DNA of 64,000 bases, from contig OZ251232.1 in NCBI GenBank assembly GCA_965240325.2, positions 1,240,001 through 1,304,000 of the forward strand, read 5' to 3'. The notes beneath the pieces are model-generated. The model saw nothing but the letters and a program-made list of their open reading frames with translations. It had not been told where the DNA came from and did not search any database. This DNA is from Rebecca billardiae RCC1528. Its lineage: Eukaryota; Protista; Haptophyta. Of this stretch, positions 22,001 through 32,729 are shown piece by piece (position 1 is the stretch's first letter; each line of letters opens with the position of its first letter). A program made the translations under genes and the position numbers.

Positions 22001-25000
22001 GGGGAGAGCGTGGACGCGGCGGTGGCGGGCGCGACGGCGGGCGCGGGCGGTGGCGCAGACGCCGACGCCGACGCGCGCCGCGCCGTGCCGCGCCGCGCGA
22101 GCAGCAGCGGCGGCCTCGGCAGCGGCGGCAGCGTCAGCGCCCGCGGCGGCGGCAGCAGCGGCGGCGGCGGCAGCGGCGGCGGCAGCGGCGGCGGCTCGGC
22201 CGGCGCGAGCGACAGCGGGCACGAGCCGCCGCACCCGCACCCGCTGCCCAAGCACGGCTCGAGCTCGAGCCTGCGAGAGGGCAGCGGGCGCGTCGCCCGC
22301 ACCTCCCGCCGCGCGCGCTGCTCGCTCCCCGCCGCCGCCGCCCGCCTCGGTCGGCTGTCGTTCGGCGCGTCCGCGTCCGCCGCGGGCGCGGGCGCGGGCG
22401 GCGGCGGCGGGAGCGGCGGCGGCGGCGGAGGCGGCCCGGACGCGCCGAGGGACAAGGTGGCGCCGGAGCTCGTCGCCGTCACCTTCCTTGCGGGCAAGCG
22501 CTCCAAGGCGGTCGGCAACTTCTCGGAACCTTCGTACGCGGTCGGCTCGTTCAACGAGCAGCTGGCTGAGGCGCTCATCCGGACTGACCCGGACCTGTGG
22601 ATGGCGCACTGCAACCACCAGCTGGCGCGCGTGTACCCGCGCGCGAGCCGCGTGGACTCGAGCAACTTCAGGCCGACGCCGCTCTGGGACTCGGGCGCGC
22701 AGCTCGTCGCGCTCAACTACCAGACGTGTGACGAGGGCATGCAGATTCAGCGCGGCCTGTTTCGAGCGCACGGCGGCGCGGGCTTCGTTCTCAAGCCGGC
22801 CTTCATGCGCGCGCACGGGCCCGCGGGCTCGGCGAGCGCGCGGCGCGAGCTCGAGCGCGCGGCGGCGCCCGAGCCGCCCGCGCAGCCGCCGCGCCGGGCC
22901 CCGATGCAGCGCCCGACGCCGCCCCGAAGCTCGACTGCCAGCGCGGGCAGTGGCCGTCGCTCGACTGCGCTTGGCCGCAGGCGCTCGGCCGCGTCGGGCG
23001 GCGCCGACGGCCACGCGCCGCCGAGGTCGGCGCCGCGCACGCTCCGCGCGGCGGTGCATGCGGCGGTGCTCACGCTCCGCCTGCCTCCGCGCGCGCCGTC
23101 GCTCGCGCCGCCGCGCGCGGAGGCCGAGCCGACGGCGGACGCGGCGGCGACGGCCGAAGCCCCCATCGACATTGAGCGCGGTCCCTCGGGTGTGCGCGGC
23201 GGCGCGAGCCGTGTCGAGACGGGCCCGGCGGCGACGCCGTCGCAGCTCACGCGCGTGACGCTGACCATCCTCACGGGGCGGCACCTGCCCAAGCCTGGCG
23301 AGGAGCGCGCGGCGGCTGAGGTGTGGGTCCAGCCGCACTCGCCGCTGCACAGGCCGACGCAGCCGTGCGCCAACGCCGTGTCCTCGCCCGCCGTGCGCGT
23401 GAGCGTGCACGGCGGGCGGCTTGCCGGCGTCACCGCGGAGACGGAGACTCCGTTCGAGTCGTGTGCGCACGGCGGCGTGTTCGAGACCTCCGCGGTGCCG
23501 CACAACGGGCTCGACCCGCTGTGGGGGCAGGCGTGCACCGTGATCGCCTCCGACCCCGATCTTGCAGTCCTGCGCATCGCCGTGCTCGACGGCGGCGCGC
23601 GCGGCGCCGAGCGCGGCACCGTTTCCCGAAGCCCGTCAAAGGGCCGCGTGGCCGAGCCGAGCGCCGCCGCCGAGAGCGCGAGCCCGACGGGGCGTGCGGC
23701 GCGCGCCGGGCTCGGCGGCGAGCTGATGGCTTGGGAGGCGTTCCCTCTCAGCTCGCTCCGCGCAGGGTACGGCACCGTTGCGCTGCGCGACCGCAGCGGG
23801 CAGCGCGTGCGCTTTGCGCAGCTGCTCGTGCATGTAGCGCGCTCGGAGCACTCGGTGCGCGGCGCGGCGCGGCGCGGCGCGCGCCCAACCCCGCGCCGCG
23901 CGCGCCCCAACCCGGCCGCTCACCGCCGCGCCGCGCCGCGCGCGCGCGTGCGGCGCGCAGCTGCTGCCCCGCGCCGCCGACGCAGGCGACTCGTCCCCGC
24001 GGCCGCCGCTGCAGCCAGCGCCGGACGTCGGCTGGAGCCTTGCGCACCGACTTGACCGGCTGCGGGTGCGGGTCGCGCGCGCGCGCCGCGAGACGAGGGC
24101 GCGCGCGCGCCCGCCGCGCCGCTGCGCGCGAGCTCACCCGGCCGCGCGCGCGACCCGCCCTTGGCGCCGCGCCGCCGCCCCTCCTTGGCGCAGACGACCG
24201 GCTCGGCGGACTCGGCGCTCAGGCTGTGGCAGCGAGCGGTGCGCTCGCGCGAGGCGGAGGCGGCTGCGGCCGCCGCGCGCCGCAGCCGGCACTCGCGCAC
24301 CTCAAGCGACTCGATCACGCCCGGCTGCACCGGCGCGAGCCCGCGGCTCCGGGGTCCGGGCGCGCGGCAGAGCTCGCCGGACTCGAGCGCCGCCGAGACG
24401 CCGATCGCCGAGCGGCTGGACGACTCGCTCAGCCGGTGGCACGCCGCGGAGCGCGCGCTCGGCCCTGCGGCCGTCCTTGCGTCGTCTTGCGGGCACTCCT
24501 CGTCCGGCCTCGCGTCATCCGCCGGCGCCGCCGCTCCTGCGTCCGAGGCCGGAGGAGCAGCAGCCCCAGCTGGCACCGAGGCGGCCGCGTGCTTCGAGGC
24601 CGCGCCCAGCTCGAGCGCCGCGCACGCGCCCGGCGGCGCTTACTCGACTTACTCCTCCACGGAGGAGCGCGGGCGCGCGGCGGCGGCGGCGCCCTCGGCC
24701 GGAGCGCCGTCGACGGCGGACGAACTCGCCCGGCTCCTGGCGGCGCCGAGCGCGAGCATGACGGACGTGCTCCCCTTGCCCGCCGCCGCGCCGAGCACGG
24801 GCGCGGCCGACATGCGCTCGCTCGTCCGGAGCGCGTGCGCCGCCTCTCGGCTGCAGCAGGCGGCGGAGCGCGCGCGCGAGCAGCGCGGGAGGCTTGGCCA
24901 GCTCCGCCCTCACACGGGCGAGCTGCGCCGCGCGCGCTCGAGCGGCGTGGCGCCGGCCCAGCGGAGTGCGGTGCTGGACGCGCCGGCGGCCGAGCCGCCG

Positions 25001-25471
25001 GCGTCGGCGGATGCACCGGCGTCCGCACCCTTCGCCCACGCTGCCGCGCCCGCGCCCGCGCCCGCCGTGGACGCGCCGACAACGGCCAGCGGCGGCGCTG
25101 GCGCCGCGCCAGCCCTGGCCTCGTGGCTGCAGCGCTTCGCGGTGGTGGCCGAGGCCGTGAGCGCGCTGACCGGGCTGCAGACGGGCCTGCTGGCCGGCGC
25201 GCCGGCCGCGCGCGAGCACGACGGTTTCGACGGCGTCGTGCACGGCGGTGGCGGCGGTGGCGGCGCCGGCTCGTCGCAGCCCGCGCCGCGCCGCAGTCAG
25301 GCCATCGTGCCTGCCGAAAGCAGCTCGCCCGCGGACGCGGCCCTGGGTCCGACGGCCGGCGCGTATGATGGCTATGGCGGGCTGCATGGCGCGTGGCAGG
25401 GCGAGGTTGCTTCGCCGCCTGCGCGTCTTCAGCTGCCACCGGAGGCGCCGACGCCGCCACTCTCCGCTTGA
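19061..25471 (+). CDS. PLC: Phosphoinositide phospholipase C fused to an N-terminal ~8-TM domain (TM-PH-EF-X-Y-C2 + low-complexity tail); exons 19061-23854, 23961-24065, 24194-25471
   Basis: X box SSHNTYLTGDQL, CRCVELDVHDG, KHGNTLTS, LILSLEVHCS; Y box RVYPRASRVDSSNF, QLVALNYQT, GFVLKP; EF hands DRDATGSIS and DEDGSGDLS; C2 NGLDPLW..LRAGY. The 3' exons are inferred from GTGCG..CAG sites. Confidence 0.88.
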
Positions 25472-25602
25472 GCTGGGCAGCCTTGTGTTCGCCTTGTGAC
25501 TATGTGTGGTCCGCCATGCTGATTGATGATGGCGACTCAGGTGAGTAGCTTCCAAGTATCCGGCCATCAGGACCGCCCAACTTGAAGGCGGCTTCGGGTA
25601 CG

Positions 25603-25754
25603 ATGACCTCGCGCGCCGGGGCGCGGGGGCAGGCGCCAGCGGCGGAGTCGGAGCGGCAGCCGCGGTCGCAGGGCTCGCCCGCCCCGCGCATCTCCGTCTC
25701 GGCCCATCTGCCCCGCAAGCTCGCGCGCATGGTCACCTTCCGCGACCTGTGGCG

Positions 25755-25788
<34 letters not shown>

Positions 25789-28431
25789 TGGTCGCAGCCG
25801 TCCGAGGCACGCCTCGACGACGAGCAGTTCAAGTCGGGCGTGCGCGAGATCCTGCTGTACCTGCTCTTCATGTGCCTCTTCTCCTTCGTCGCGATGGCTG
25901 GCAACCGGCTCGTGCAGTACCGCCTGCAGGCGAGGCTGGATGCTCACATCTTTGGCGCGGCCGCCTCCGACCCAGAGGAGGCGGGCAGCTTCGCCGACGT
26001 CGCGACGGTGGACGAGATGTGGTCGTGGCTCGACGAGCAGTTCGTCGAGCGGATCTGGGGCGACGGCCTCGCCGAGCACGAGGCCTCCGAGGGCGAGCGC
26101 GCCTTCATTCTGCACGACTCGAACCTCTTGCTGGGCTCGGTGCGGCTGCGGCAGCAGCGCGTGCGCGCGGTGTCGGCGACCGAGTGCCGCGTGCCGCGCG
26201 CGCTGCGCACGCACGTGCCGCGCTGCCACTTCGACCTGGCGCCGGACACGCGCCTCGACGAGCCGACCACGCCCGCCGGGCTGCTCACCACGCTCACGCT
26301 CAACCCGCTCGCCGCGCGCACAGAGATCCGCGCCGAGCTGCGGCGGCTGCAGCGGCGCGGCTGGGTGGATGCGGCGACGCGGCTCGTGCGGCTCGACCTG
26401 ACGCTGTACAACGCGAACTACGACATGTTCGTCTCGGTGGTCGTCCAGTTCGCCATCGAGGCCTCCGGCGGCGTGTGGCCCACGCGCTGGCTCCGGCCGA
26501 TGTGGCTGCGGCGCAGCTTGATGCTCGTGCGCGGCACGGCAGAGTTCCAGCCGGACGCGGGCGAGGTGCTGCTGCTGAGCTGCGAGTTCGGGTGCATCGT
26601 GATGATCCTGTACTACTCGGCGCGCACGCTGGTGGAGATCCGGCGCGACGGCATCGTGCCCTACTTCTCGCATGCGTGGTCCATCATCCACGTCGCGAAC
26701 AGCCTGCTCTTCTGGGCGGCGTACACGCTGCGCGTGCGCGCGCTGATCGCGGTCCACCACGTCGTCAACCTCAACCCCGGCCCGAGCGAGTTTGTCGACT
26801 TCGAGTCGCTCGGCGCGATGCAGTACGGCGTGCACTACCTGAACGCGGTGAACCTGGTGCTGGTGTACCTCAAGCTCTTCAAGTACCTCCGCCTCTCCAC
26901 GCGCCTCTCCCTCCTCGTCATGACCCTCGAGCGCGCGTCGACCGACCTCGCGACGTTCACCGCCGTGTTCTCACTGATTGTCTTCGCCTTCACGCTCGCC
27001 TTCCACGCGACGTTTGGCTCGGTGCTGCGGCAGTACGCGGACGTGCCGAGCACGTTCCTCACGCTGATGAAGATGGCGTTCGGCGACTTCGACTACACCT
27101 CGATCGCGCAGGCCAACCACGTCCTCGCGCCCATCCTCTTCCTCTCGTACATGGTGGCGATGATCCTGATCCTGATCAACGTCTTCCTCGCGATTGTAAA
27201 CGAGTCGTACATTGCGGTGCGGCGGCACGTGGCGCAGGAGGACGAGTTCATCATCCGGATGCGGCACGGGCTGGCGAAGCGGGTCGAGCGCGTCAAGGCG
27301 ACGCGCGGCTACCGCTTCGTCGCGTCCAACCTCGCCGTCGTCGCGGGCGTCACCAAGAAGTCCAAGCAGGCGCTGCAGGGCGCGTCGCGCAAGGGCTCGA
27401 TCGTCGCGCACGCGCTCGCCGCGCAGGCGCTCAAGAAGCGGCGGGACGGCACGCTGCGCGCGGACACGAACGGCGACGGCCGGCTCGACGCGGCGGAGAT
27501 CGACGCGTACCTCGGCGACGAGATCGCCGAGGGCGCCGCCGCCGAGCTCGTGCGCACGCTCGACCGCGACGGCGACGGCTCCCTCTCAGAGGATGAGCTG
27601 AGGGCCGCGGCCGCGCGCGCGAGCGCGCGCGGCCTGAGCCCTGACGCGCTCGCGCTCGGCTCGCTCAGGCCGCCTGACGTGGCGTCGGACGGCTCGGGGC
27701 GGGTGTCGGGCGCGTCGGACGCGCGGGCGAGCGCCGCGGCGGTCGACGAGGTGGTGACGCGCCTCGACCGGCTCGAGAGGCAGCAGGAGCAGCTGCTGCA
27801 CCTGCTCGCGCAGATCGTGAGCGCGGAGATGCGAGGCGCGCGGCGCAATCGGCGCGGCAGCGCGAACGGCGGCGGCAGCGGCGGAGGCTCGTTCTCGCGC
27901 AGTGGCAGCCGGCACAGGCTGGGGGCCGACGACTCGCCGCCGTCACAATCGCCGGGCCGTGCGCGGACGACCGGCCCGACGCTGCCGCGGCGCGTCTCGG
28001 CGCCGACGACCCACGGCACGCACGCGCCGACACCGGCTGCCGGCGCGCAGCCCGCGGGCGCGGGCGCGAGCTCTGCGCCGAATGCGTTGCGCTCCGGCCT
28101 GAGCGAAAGCAGCCACTCGCCTCTCAAGGCGGCCCATCGGGCGGGTGCTGCGGCCGGCGGCCCGCGGCGCGGCGGCCCCGGAGTGCCTCCCCCTGATGCG
28201 GCGACCCACGCGCACGCGCGATCGCAACACGACGCGCTGGCTGCCACAGGCCAGTCAGGGCCTGGTGCACGCTCGAGCGCGGCCGTGGCGGCACTCGCGG
28301 GGTTCTCGCTGCCGCGCCGCTCGAGCCAGCCTGGCGTCAGCACTGGCGAGGGCTCCGACGCACCGCGGCGTGCACCGGCGCCCGCTGCCGAGGGAGCAGT
28401 GTCGGCAGCGGCGCCGCGAGTGCCCTCTTGA
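25603..28431 (+). CDS. PKD2: Polycystin-2 (PKD2/TRPP)-like cation channel with two C-terminal EF hands and a coiled coil
   Basis: S1 EILLYLLFMCLFSF, TOP domain NLLLGSVRLRQQRV..WVDAATRLV..YNANYDMF, YFSHAWSIIH, KLFKYL, pore FLTLMKMAFGDFDY, S6 ILINVFLAIVNESY, EF loops DTNGDGRLDAAE and DRDGDGSLSEDE. Start may extend to 25516. Confidence 0.93.
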
Positions 28432-28602
28432 CCGCGCGCGCATGCAGCCCCGGCGGGGTCCCGGGTCGGATGGGATGCCGGATGGGCCCGTACGGAGCCT
28501 ACGGGCCTACCGTCGCCGTAGCAGTTGATAATATATATCGCACACGGGCCACGGCGCAGGCTTCGCGATCGATGACCGACGATCGTCGTCGTCGCGCGGC
28601 AA

Positions 28603-28690
28603 TATTCCAATTTTAATATATTATTATTATTATTATTATATATATAATTATAATTATAATAATAGTAGTAAATATTTATAATTGTTATTG
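28603..28690. repeat. AT-rich (TTA/TA)n microsatellite island
   Basis: Almost pure A/T run TTATTATTATTATTATATATATAATTATAATTATAAT in otherwise very GC-rich DNA, 3' of PKD2. Confidence 0.85.
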
Positions 28691-29305
28691 GCCGACTGGC
28701 GGACTGCTGCGCTTGCCGGCCTGCTTGTGCACTGATGTCCGATGATGTTTTCAACCGGCCCCGAGCCGCCGGCGCCAGGTCGCAGCGTCGCAGTGGCGGG
28801 CGAGGGCGGCGACGGGCGAGGCGCGGCCGCCGCGGGCCTCACCCGTCACCGACGGCCGCCACAGTATGCCACCGGACGCCTCTCAGCAAGCGCTGACGAC
28901 GACCAGAATCCGCGAGAGGCGGGCGGCGCCTCGGTATATGTATAGCCTGTCACCACGACGGTCCCGCGTCCCGCGGCGTGAGCGGTGACGGCGTGGCGGC
29001 GGAACGCGCTGCGTCCGATTGGCCCGACACTGCGTGCCCTCATGGGGTCCGCCCATCCAGTGTCATAGCTGCTGCGGCAGCGCTGCCACCGGTCAGGCGG
29101 TCGACGCCACGAGCAGTTGCCAGCTTGCGAGCACCCAAAAGTAGCAGGTATCAAAGGTAGGGCGCAGACTCTGGGCGGAAGGGGAACGTGTAGAGGAACC
29201 CCCGGCATGCTGTTGTACAATCGTGGCGCACCCAATGCGATGCGACCACCCTGCCGCCGTCCAGACGTTCCATCCATCGTGTACTCGAAGGCTGCAGGCT
29301 CAGCG

Positions 29306-29794
29306 TCACCGTGCCGCCTCCGAAGCCGGTGCGTCCTCATCGGCACCAGCCGGTGCGTGGTCAGCGGCTAGTCTGCGGTCGGTGATGTGCGCTGGCTCCA
29401 CCGCCACGAGGGCACCATGGGCATGTGCCGCGCCCAGAGCAGCTGCCGATGAAGGCGCTTCCGGCGCAGGCGCTGCCGCAAAATTTGTCCTACCGCCGGG
29501 AGACGGGTCAGGGTCGTCCACTGCAGGATCGGCCGTCGACGTGTCCGCAGCTGGTGGCTGCTCGCGCTCCCCGTTGGCCTGCTCGGCCTTCCCCGTTGCG
29601 TTGTGCTCATGTCTGTTCTGCCCGACAGGCGGCGTGCCCGGCGGCGTTTCCGGCTGCACAAAGATCTCAGGAGATCCTGGCTTCGGCCCGTAGTTCTCGG
29701 CAGGTGGCTGCTCAATCGTGTCGTCCACAGATTTCGCGGTGGGCGGCGGCGGCGAGACGTTGCTCGCCGCCGCCTTGCTCGATCCGCAGCCCAT
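29306..29794 (-). CDS. Small disordered protein with N-myristoylation/palmitoylation motif MGCGSSK
   Basis: ATG 29794 gives MGCGSSKAAAS followed by 162 aa rich in Pro/Ala/Glu/Asp. Confidence 0.55.
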   Translation of the reverse strand: MGCGSSKAAASNVSPPPPTAKSVDDTIEQPPAENYGPKPGSPEIFVQPETPPGTPPVGQNRHEHNATGKAEQANGEREQPPAADTSTADPAVDDPDPSPGGRTNFAAAPAPEAPSSAAALGAAHAHGALVAVEPAHITDRRLAADHAPAGADEDAPASEAAR

Positions 29795-31289
29795 GCGGCT
29801 CTCGAGCCGGCCAGCCTGCTGGAGGAACCACCGCCACTTCCAAGCCAGCACAGTGCAACTGCTTCGTCGAACGGTAAAGTACTACCCATAATAGGAGTAC
29901 CGGTACTACCACAACCCGCAACGGGCTAACGAGTAACGGCCGCGGCGTGCACCTTGGCGGACTGTCCTGTGTCAGCCAAGGCCTCCCACTGGCGACCTCG
30001 GCCGAAACAAACTGCCCGAGGTCGATGGGGTGGAGCGCGTGGGTCGCGCGCCAGATCCAGCACCGGCACGGACATCGCACGAGGACTCCCCAGACGGGCT
30101 TTCGCCCGATTCGCGACTTCTCCCCTCGTCGTCTCGCGTGCAGGTCACACGGGGGCCAAAATTTTTCAGGGCAAAATCGACCTGCGGGTTCCGCGGTCCG
30201 TTGATGGGTACACTCGCCCCGACTCGGCGCGTCGCCACGGTCGTGCGACCTGAGGCAGTCCATGCTCGGCTTGCACGGCGAGCGCTCGCACCGGCCGTGG
30301 CACCACGCGCTGCGCACGGCAGCCGCCTCGCGCGATCCGCACCGCCGCCGCGCGTCGGGCAAAATACCTGCCCGGTCACTTAAGACAGTCACTCAGTAAT
30401 CTGTAATGAAGCCGTACCGATCAGCAGGAGACCTGCGCCGTCCTACCTGTGTCGTTAAATCATAGAATGAGTACAGGGGTCTCAACAAGTAGCTATGTAT
30501 CTCTGTTTGTGCCACTGGACAGGCATGTGAGCACTTGATTGCCTGGCTACAGATCAAGATGTGGTCTAGCACTCTAGCACTCTTATAGCACAGCCCACTC
30601 TCTCAGGCCATTCTGACGAGTGGGTGGCTGCTTGGCCAGCTCTCCATGCTGGGCTGTGGTGCCATCAAGAGTCAGCGCATGTGCAGCAGCCCAGGTGGGT
30701 GCAGCGAGGGGTGCGGCAGGCAGCAGTGGGTGGTCAGCTTGAAGTATATAAAATCCATGCAGGCCAGCCACCAGCAGCTAGGCTGCAGAGCTCTTGGCTG
30801 TAACACCAGCCCCACTCCAGCCCCCTCAAGTCGGGTGGCTGGCCACCCTCGGGGTGTGTCCGAGCGCGGGTGCTGCTGCTGGCCTCCCACTGCAGGGGAG
30901 CTGACCCTGACGGCAGGTCCTTGCGCACTGTGGGGGCGCGGGATTGGGCACTGTGCCACAGCAGCTGCATCGGCCCATGAGCTCCCCCCCATGTGGCATG
31001 CAGCCCTCCCTAGCGGGGGTACCAGTCACCAGATCCGCACTGCCAAGCACAATTTAGGCCTGGCCCTGTGTGGGCACACGGCCCGCGACCAGTGACGACA
31101 AGCCGGCGAAACACCTAGTGCCGCCGCCTGGCACCACTCCACTGCGGAGTGCGCGGACAGCCCGCCTCTAGAGGGGGCGGGGGTATATGCCATTGCCAAC
31201 AGCATACAGTACAAGCCCAACACTGCGGGGTGGCGGTCCCTGGGTACAAGCAGTGCATGCTTGCCACTGCCTTGCAGTTCTTCTGTTCT

Positions 31290-31567
31290 TGTCTTTGTGC
31301 ACTGTTGGATCAAGGGCCGTGCCGTTGGAACTTGGATGGCGTCAATCACGCCTACTGAACCAAGCGTCACTAGTGTGCAAGTTAAAAGTTAGAAAACTGT
31401 AATCGCTGTGTGTCAGAGCTGTACATGTGCGTCTCTTATCCGTCTTAGAGTTAGTAAACTACGGCAACGCGCCCCTCACCTGCCTGCGCCGGTCTGTTTT
31501 GTGGCGGTGTCTTTGTGCAGTGTAGGATGGCGTCAATCACGCCTTAACCAAGTGTGCACGTTAAAAC
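31290..31567 (+). repeat. Imperfect direct repeat pair (31290-31387 / 31508-31567) at the edge of a CpG-poor block
   Basis: Shared blocks TGTCTTTGTGCA, GGATGGCGTCAATCACGCCT (31334 and 31525), AACCAAG, TGTGCA.GTTAAAA in the same order. Confidence 0.7.
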
Positions 31568-31756
31568 ATAGTACAGCTGTACGTAACCTGTACTCGCGCC
31601 CAAAAAAGTGCGACACCGCTCACTCGTTGCCAGAATCTTGGGCATTGGTGTGATAATTCGTCGGATCGTCGGATCCTGAGTAACCCGTCCCGCCGGTTTT
31701 GACGACGACGAATTCGAATTAGTAGAGCTGCCGTGGCTAGCCAGCGGGTGAAGGCC

Positions 31757-32122
31757 ATGACGCTCGAGAAGGCAATCCACGAGGTCACGACGCTCGACGA
31801 GTTCGAGGCAGCGCTCATGGAGCACCAGGCGGGCGGCAAGCCGCTCGTCGTCGACTACACCACCGATGCCTTCAGGTGCCCCGAGTGCATCATGATGGAC
31901 CCCACGTTCGAGATCCTCTCAGACGAGTATGGCGGCCGCGCATCATTCCTCAAGGTCGACATCGAGACCAACAGGCTGGTGGCGGCGGTGGGTGGGGTGA
32001 GCCCGCAAGATTTGCCGGTTGTGCAGTTCTACAGCATCGGTGGCAACACGGCGGATTACGAGTTGTCGGGGTTCCACGATAAACGCACCCTCGCAGATCG
32101 CCTGGACCAGTACCTGATGTAA
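31757..32122 (+). CDS. Atypical thioredoxin (CPEC active site)
   Basis: KPLVVDYTTDAFRCPECIMMDPTFEILSDEY..FLKVDIE..LPVVQFY; Trx-fold length. Confidence 0.85.
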   Translation: MTLEKAIHEVTTLDEFEAALMEHQAGGKPLVVDYTTDAFRCPECIMMDPTFEILSDEYGGRASFLKVDIETNRLVAAVGGVSPQDLPVVQFYSIGGNTADYELSGFHDKRTLADRLDQYLM

Positions 32123-32729
32123 GTGTAACTAACGGGTCGTCGCGGATGGCTCCGTCCGTCTAGCTTGCGTCGGTGGCCATGCTCGCGCTCCTCTAGCTAC
32201 GCCGCCGGGCGGGGAGGCTCTGGCATCTTGCGTGTCCTCCCTCTGCCCACTTGACGTGACCTACTCCGTGCCGTCCAGCTGCGTGTAAGAGCGACGAGGC
32301 GCGCTAACGACGATAAGTCGGAGTTGTTTGTAGTGCAACTGACGGGGCCCCGCCCACGCGTCAGATCACTTATGATAATAATAACAACTACGGTGGCCCA
32401 ATGATAGCTTTCTCGACTGTCACACCGGTCAGTGTACCTCAGCGCCAGCGTGTGGACTTTGGACTGCTCATTCTATATATATATGATATTTAACTACGAC
32501 ACAGGTAGGACGATGCGGGTCTCCTGATTCGTCGGCGGCCAAGTGCCCGATCGTCGACACGAAGTCGGCGTTGGACGCGTTGGTGGCAGAGCATAGCCTG
32601 CACCGCGATCGTAAAGCTTGAGCGCGGCCTTGAGCTGCTGAAGCGCGAACCACCCGCGCTGCGCGGCTCGCATGGACCTGCTGTGCCCTAGGTTTTTTTA
32701 GCAGATCGAACCGCATCGGATCACTCAGA

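Noticed and set aside
29880-30385. A-tract/GC pattern resembling a transposon end
   Set aside because: No matching partner terminus or TSD found within the window.
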